This document shows positions 26,406 through 29,274 of a stretch of DNA of 29,274 bases, one piece after another (position 1 is the stretch's first letter; each line of letters starts with the position of its first letter). Both the position numbers and the translations under genes were made by a program. The notes under the pieces were generated by a model that was not told the origin of the DNA, searched no databases, and was given only the letters and a program-made list of their open reading frames with translations. This stretch comes from Elusimicrobiales bacterium (GTDB lineage: Bacteria > Elusimicrobiota > Elusimicrobia > Elusimicrobiales > UBA9959): contig JBMFKQ010000022.1 of the NCBI GenBank assembly GCA_049972095.1, positions 1 through 29,274 of the forward strand, given 5' to 3'.

Positions 26406-27128
26406 ATGATTTTTTTTGGTTTTCTTATAACCTTTCTCTCAAACATCCTTATTGCATCAGATTACAGTAACTTTAAAAATGTAACTGACAGAAAAGCTAT
26501 TGAGGCTTTTGTTAAGGATCTCACATCTATGACATCATCATCTATTTTATACAGTGCAAGGGTGCTTGGTATTCATGGTTCTTCGTTAGGATATAAGATT
26601 TCCTATTTAACAGAGCCCTCTAATTCAAACACTGTTTTTGAGAAGAAAAAAGCCTATAATATCTCATTTTTACAGGGTGAAATGGGGCTTCCTTTCAGAA
26701 TAGATCTCTTTATGAGAGTTGGTGGAAAAGATGGTTATAATGTTATAGGTGGTGGAGTAAGATATGGTCTTAAAAAACCTGTTGAGAAGATTTATGGATT
26801 TAACTCATCATTTTTGGTCTACTCTCATATGGGGCTTTATAGAGATTTTTATCTTGTTTCTTTTGGTGCTCAGCTTGCTTTTTCAATGAAGCTTTCAGAT
26901 TCAATTATACCTTTTATAAGTGGTGGTTTTGACAATGTTAAGTTTCTGATTAACTCACACTCACAGCCGTTACTTGAGGGTGAAGATATACATAATAATG
27001 TTTATAAAGGGAATGTAGGGGTTAGATTTAAAATTGACCGCTTAGGACGGTTCAACCTTGTAGCTGCTGTGGAAACAGTTAGTACTGGAAGGAATATAGT
27101 TGATACAGCTGCTGTGATGAGATTTTAA
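26406..27128 (+). CDS. Putative outer-membrane beta-barrel protein
   Basis: Start ATG 26406 after GGAGG; signal peptide; amphipathic strands (IGGGVRYGL, FGAQLAFSMK, GNVGVRFKI); terminal Phe. Confidence 0.6.
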   Translation: MIFFGFLITFLSNILIASDYSNFKNVTDRKAIEAFVKDLTSMTSSSILYSARVLGIHGSSLGYKISYLTEPSNSNTVFEKKKAYNISFLQGEMGLPFRIDLFMRVGGKDGYNVIGGGVRYGLKKPVEKIYGFNSSFLVYSHMGLYRDFYLVSFGAQLAFSMKLSDSIIPFISGGFDNVKFLINSHSQPLLEGEDIHNNVYKGNVGVRFKIDRLGRFNLVAAVETVSTGRNIVDTAAVMRF

Positions 27129-27580
27129 AAGCCAAGCTCTTTTTTTGTTTGTCTTTCTATATCTCTTTGCTTGAGAAGCTCTTTTTTATTATATTTTTTC
27201 CTTCCTTTCGCAATTGCTATTTTAAGTTTTGCCCAACCATTTTTCAAGAAAAGTTCAAGGGGTATTATGGTTAGCCCTTTTTTTTCAGTCTGTGATACAA
27301 TTCTTCTTATCTCATTTTTTTTAAGAAGAAGCTTTCTTACTCTAAAAGGGTCAAGAGTAATTGAGGTGTTGTATTGATAGGGACTTATCTGCATGCCGTA
27401 TATAAATGCCTCTCCATTTTTAAGCTTTATAAAAGCTGAGTTTATATTAACAGCTCTATTTCTGATTGATTTTATCTCTGGTCCTTTAAGCTCAATGCCT
27501 GCTATATATACATCTATTACTTCATAGTCAAAATATGCTCTTCTGTTTGTAGTAATCACAATCTTCTCATTTTTTTTCAT
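27125..27580 (-). CDS. smpB: SsrA-binding protein
   Basis: NRRAYFDYE, AGIELKGPEIKSIR, RKLLL, GLTIIPL and AKGRKKYNKKE. Confidence 0.97.
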   Translation of the reverse strand: MKKNEKIVITTNRRAYFDYEVIDVYIAGIELKGPEIKSIRNRAVNINSAFIKLKNGEAFIYGMQISPYQYNTSITLDPFRVRKLLLKKNEIRRIVSQTEKKGLTIIPLELFLKNGWAKLKIAIAKGRKKYNKKELLKQRDIERQTKKELGF

Positions 27581-27625
27581 AAAATATAATATAGCATTTT
27601 TGTTTAGTTGGAGAGAGTTTAATTG

Positions 27626-27709
27626 GCCGAAGTGGCGGAATTGGTAGACGCATACGGCTCAGGACCGTATTCCCGAAAGGGATTGAGGGTTCGAATCCCT
27701 CCTTCGGCA
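27626..27709 (+). tRNA. tRNA-Leu(CAG)
   Basis: Acceptor stem GCCGAAG/CTTCGGC, anticodon arm TACGG-CTCAGGA-CCGTA, long variable arm TCCC-GAAA-GGGA, T arm GAGGG-TTCGAAT-CCCTC. Confidence 0.95.
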
Positions 27710-27733
27710 TATAAAGTTTGTTAGAGGTTTTGA

Positions 27734-28510
27734 GTGATATACTTTATTGTTTTTACCTTCGGAGCTATCATAGGAAGTTTTTTAAATGTTGTTGTTTATA
27801 GAAGCATCAATGAAATATCTATTATTTCCCCCCCTTCTTTTTGTCCTTTTTGCAGAAAACCTATAAGGTGGTATGATAATATACCAATTGTTAGCTATAT
27901 ACTTTTATCTGGAAGGTGTAGAGATTGTGGCTCAAAGATTTCTCTTAGCTATCCGGCTGTTGAGTTTATATCAGGTTTTATCACTCTTGTTTCTTTTATA
28001 AGGTGGTGGGATATAGATATATGGTGGTTTTTAGGCTCATGTCTTATATCTTATCTACTTCTTGTTGCATCGGTTATAGATATAAGGGTTATGATGCTTT
28101 CTGATCTTTTTTCATATCTGGTTGCTTTTTTAGGTGTAGTGTTTTCCTTTTCAAATCCAATGTTTTCAGGTAGCATTTATGATAGAATAATCTCATCATT
28201 TTATGGCATAATTTGTGGTGCTGGGCTTATGTATCTTTTACTTTTTTTTGGAAAGATGATTTACAACAAAGACGCTGTTGGTGAGGGTGATGTTTTTCTT
28301 TTAGGGGCAATTGGAAGTGTAGTTGGGTCTAAAGGTATTTTTGATGTTATATTTATATCCTCTCTTATTGGCTCTGTTTATGGTATTAGTTTTATTTTAC
28401 TCAAAAAAGCATCCCGACATACACCTATACCATTTGGACCCTTTCTTTCTTTTGCATGCATGGTTAAAATGATACTAATCTTTAATTTGATAGATGTGTT
28501 TTTTAAATAA
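27734..28510 (+). CDS. pilD: Prepilin peptidase / N-methyltransferase
   Basis: GSFLNVVVYR, SFCPFC...WYDNIP...GRCRDC zinc domain, VIDIR and GEGD catalytic Asp motifs, IPFGPFL. Confidence 0.95.
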   Translation: MIYFIVFTFGAIIGSFLNVVVYRSINEISIISPPSFCPFCRKPIRWYDNIPIVSYILLSGRCRDCGSKISLSYPAVEFISGFITLVSFIRWWDIDIWWFLGSCLISYLLLVASVIDIRVMMLSDLFSYLVAFLGVVFSFSNPMFSGSIYDRIISSFYGIICGAGLMYLLLFFGKMIYNKDAVGEGDVFLLGAIGSVVGSKGIFDVIFISSLIGSVYGISFILLKKASRHTPIPFGPFLSFACMVKMILIFNLIDVFFK

Positions 28511-28512
28511 AA

Positions 28513-28582
28513 GAGGCTTGCCCCTTTCAAATCCCAAAAGGAAATGAAAATTCTTTTTGGAATGTGAGGGGCATAGCCACTC
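28513..28582. terminator. Long imperfect hairpin between convergent pilD and pilin (likely terminator)
   Basis: GAGGCTTGCCCCT...CCAAAAGGAA / TTCTTTTTGG...AGGGGCATAGCCACTC. On the minus strand it is followed by TTTTATTT. Confidence 0.6.
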
Positions 28583-28603
28583 ACTTATTTTATACAACTA
28601 TAA

Positions 28604-29062
28604 TCAATAAGATGTCCAAGGATTACCTTTAAGATCGGGGTCAGTGCAGTTTACTTTAATCTCTCCCCATTTACTATTTGTTCCAAGACCATTATAAGCC
28701 CATCCCCCTGTAGTGCCAAACTGAGTATTATCGCTTGTGTCTATATTTTTTACAGTGTTAACTTCTCCACATCGTGTTTTTGGGAGTTTTGTTTTTCCAA
28801 GTTCAGATATATATTTTGGAACCATCACTGATTGAAAGTCAGAAGTTATATCAGCACCTGTGGTTGTGTATACAAGGAATTTTCCTTCATTGTCGCTATA
28901 ATAGACATTAAGTGCTCCTCTAAGTGCTGTAAGCTGTCCTTTTGTTGCTCCCTCTTTTGATTTATCGACCATATCTGCGAACTTTGGTATAGCAACAGCT
29001 GCAAGTATGCCTATTATAACTACAACTATCATTAGTTCAACAAGTGTGAATGCTTTTTTCAT
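28604..29062 (-). CDS. Type IV pilin / GspG-like pseudopilin
   Basis: Class III signal MKKA|FTLVELMIVVVIIGILAAVAIPKF with Glu5 and Pro22; two Cys in the C-terminal half; SD AGGAGG; TTGACA on the minus strand at 29111-29106. Confidence 0.92.
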   Translation of the reverse strand: MKKAFTLVELMIVVVIIGILAAVAIPKFADMVDKSKEGATKGQLTALRGALNVYYSDNEGKFLVYTTTGADITSDFQSVMVPKYISELGKTKLPKTRCGEVNTVKNIDTSDNTQFGTTGGWAYNGLGTNSKWGEIKVNCTDPDLKGNPWTSY

Positions 29063-29120
29063 AACTACCTCCTATATGAAATTTTTATCATTTTTCTGTC
29101 TCCAATGTCAATATTTCGCA

Positions 29121-29179
29121 TTAGATAATAATTTTTGTCATCGAAGGAATCATCGTTAGATAATAAATATGTCATCGAA
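29121..29179. repeat. Tandem direct repeat in the pilin upstream region
   Basis: TTAGATAATAATTTTTGTCATCGAA (29121-29145) and TTAGATAATAAATATGTCATCGAA (29156-29179). Confidence 0.7.
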
Positions 29180-29186
29180 ACCTCTG

Positions 29187-29204
29187 GATTAGGTATAACT
29201 AATC
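29187..29204. promoter_or_regulatory. Palindromic operator, DtxR/MntR-like
   Basis: GATTAG-GTATAA-CTAATC. The core TTAGG-TATA-ACTAA matches TTAGG-N4-CCTAA with one mismatch and lies just upstream of an AGGAGG SD. Confidence 0.45.
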
Positions 29205-29218
29205 TTAGGAGGTATTTT

Positions 29219-29274
29219 ATGATGGAGGCGTTTGATATGAAATTACTAAAAGAATACTGTGGTAAGTATATATC
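29219..29274 (+). CDS. 5' fragment of a gene running off the window
   Basis: SD AGGAGGT then ATG ATG GAG GCG... (MMEAFDMKLLKEYCGKYI), open to the window edge. A second SD-ATG pair (GGAGG...ATG 29237) is in frame. Confidence 0.55.
   Translation, partial: MMEAFDMKLLKEYCGKYI

Noticed and set aside
553..28584. Many short antisense or alternate-frame ORFs in the track (e.g. 2353-2739, 5284-5664, 5787-6173, 17306-17722, 24996-25355, 28378-28584)
   Set aside because: They overlap well-supported genes, lack recognisable motifs, and have the Phe/Ser/Leu/Ile-rich composition of shadow frames.
29121..29179. Direct repeats as a mini-CRISPR or invertible switch
   Set aside because: There are only two copies, with a 10-bp gap, in direct orientation and with no recombinase or cas gene.

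Overview
AT-rich chromosomal window from a diderm bacterium: it carries lptE and several beta-barrel outer-membrane proteins. The gene style suggests Elusimicrobiota, but that is an unverified impression. It is mostly housekeeping, and I saw no mobile elements or CRISPR arrays. Left part (minus strand): a winged-helix-like gene with a consensus promoter among DnaA-box-like motifs, two tandem AlgE-like porins, a YfgM-like TPR protein, tRNA-Arg, apt, an RpoS-like sigma factor and acyP. tRNA-Phe and rpsT follow on the plus strand. A tightly coupled minus-strand run of about 10.8 kb comes next: thyX, orphan membrane-fusion protein, Cld/ChdC-family protein lacking the heme His, glgC, GH57/DUF3536, phoH, ybeY, leuS, lptE, holA. 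Right part: nagZ, a YtxH protein, an exported HEXXH protein, and a coupled plus-strand run efp - HAD - exported tandem SpoVG-like protein - subtilase with FlgD-Ig/CTD tail - DUF192 - pilB. A beta-barrel, smpB, tRNA-Leu, pilD and a type IV pilin close the window. Best candidates for novelty: the apparently exported tandem-SpoVG-like protein in a type IV filament operon, an EF-P with a non-canonical RKSQAKA loop, the DnaA-box cluster around a wHTH gene, a His-less Cld/ChdC homolog, and recurrent leaderless gene starts.
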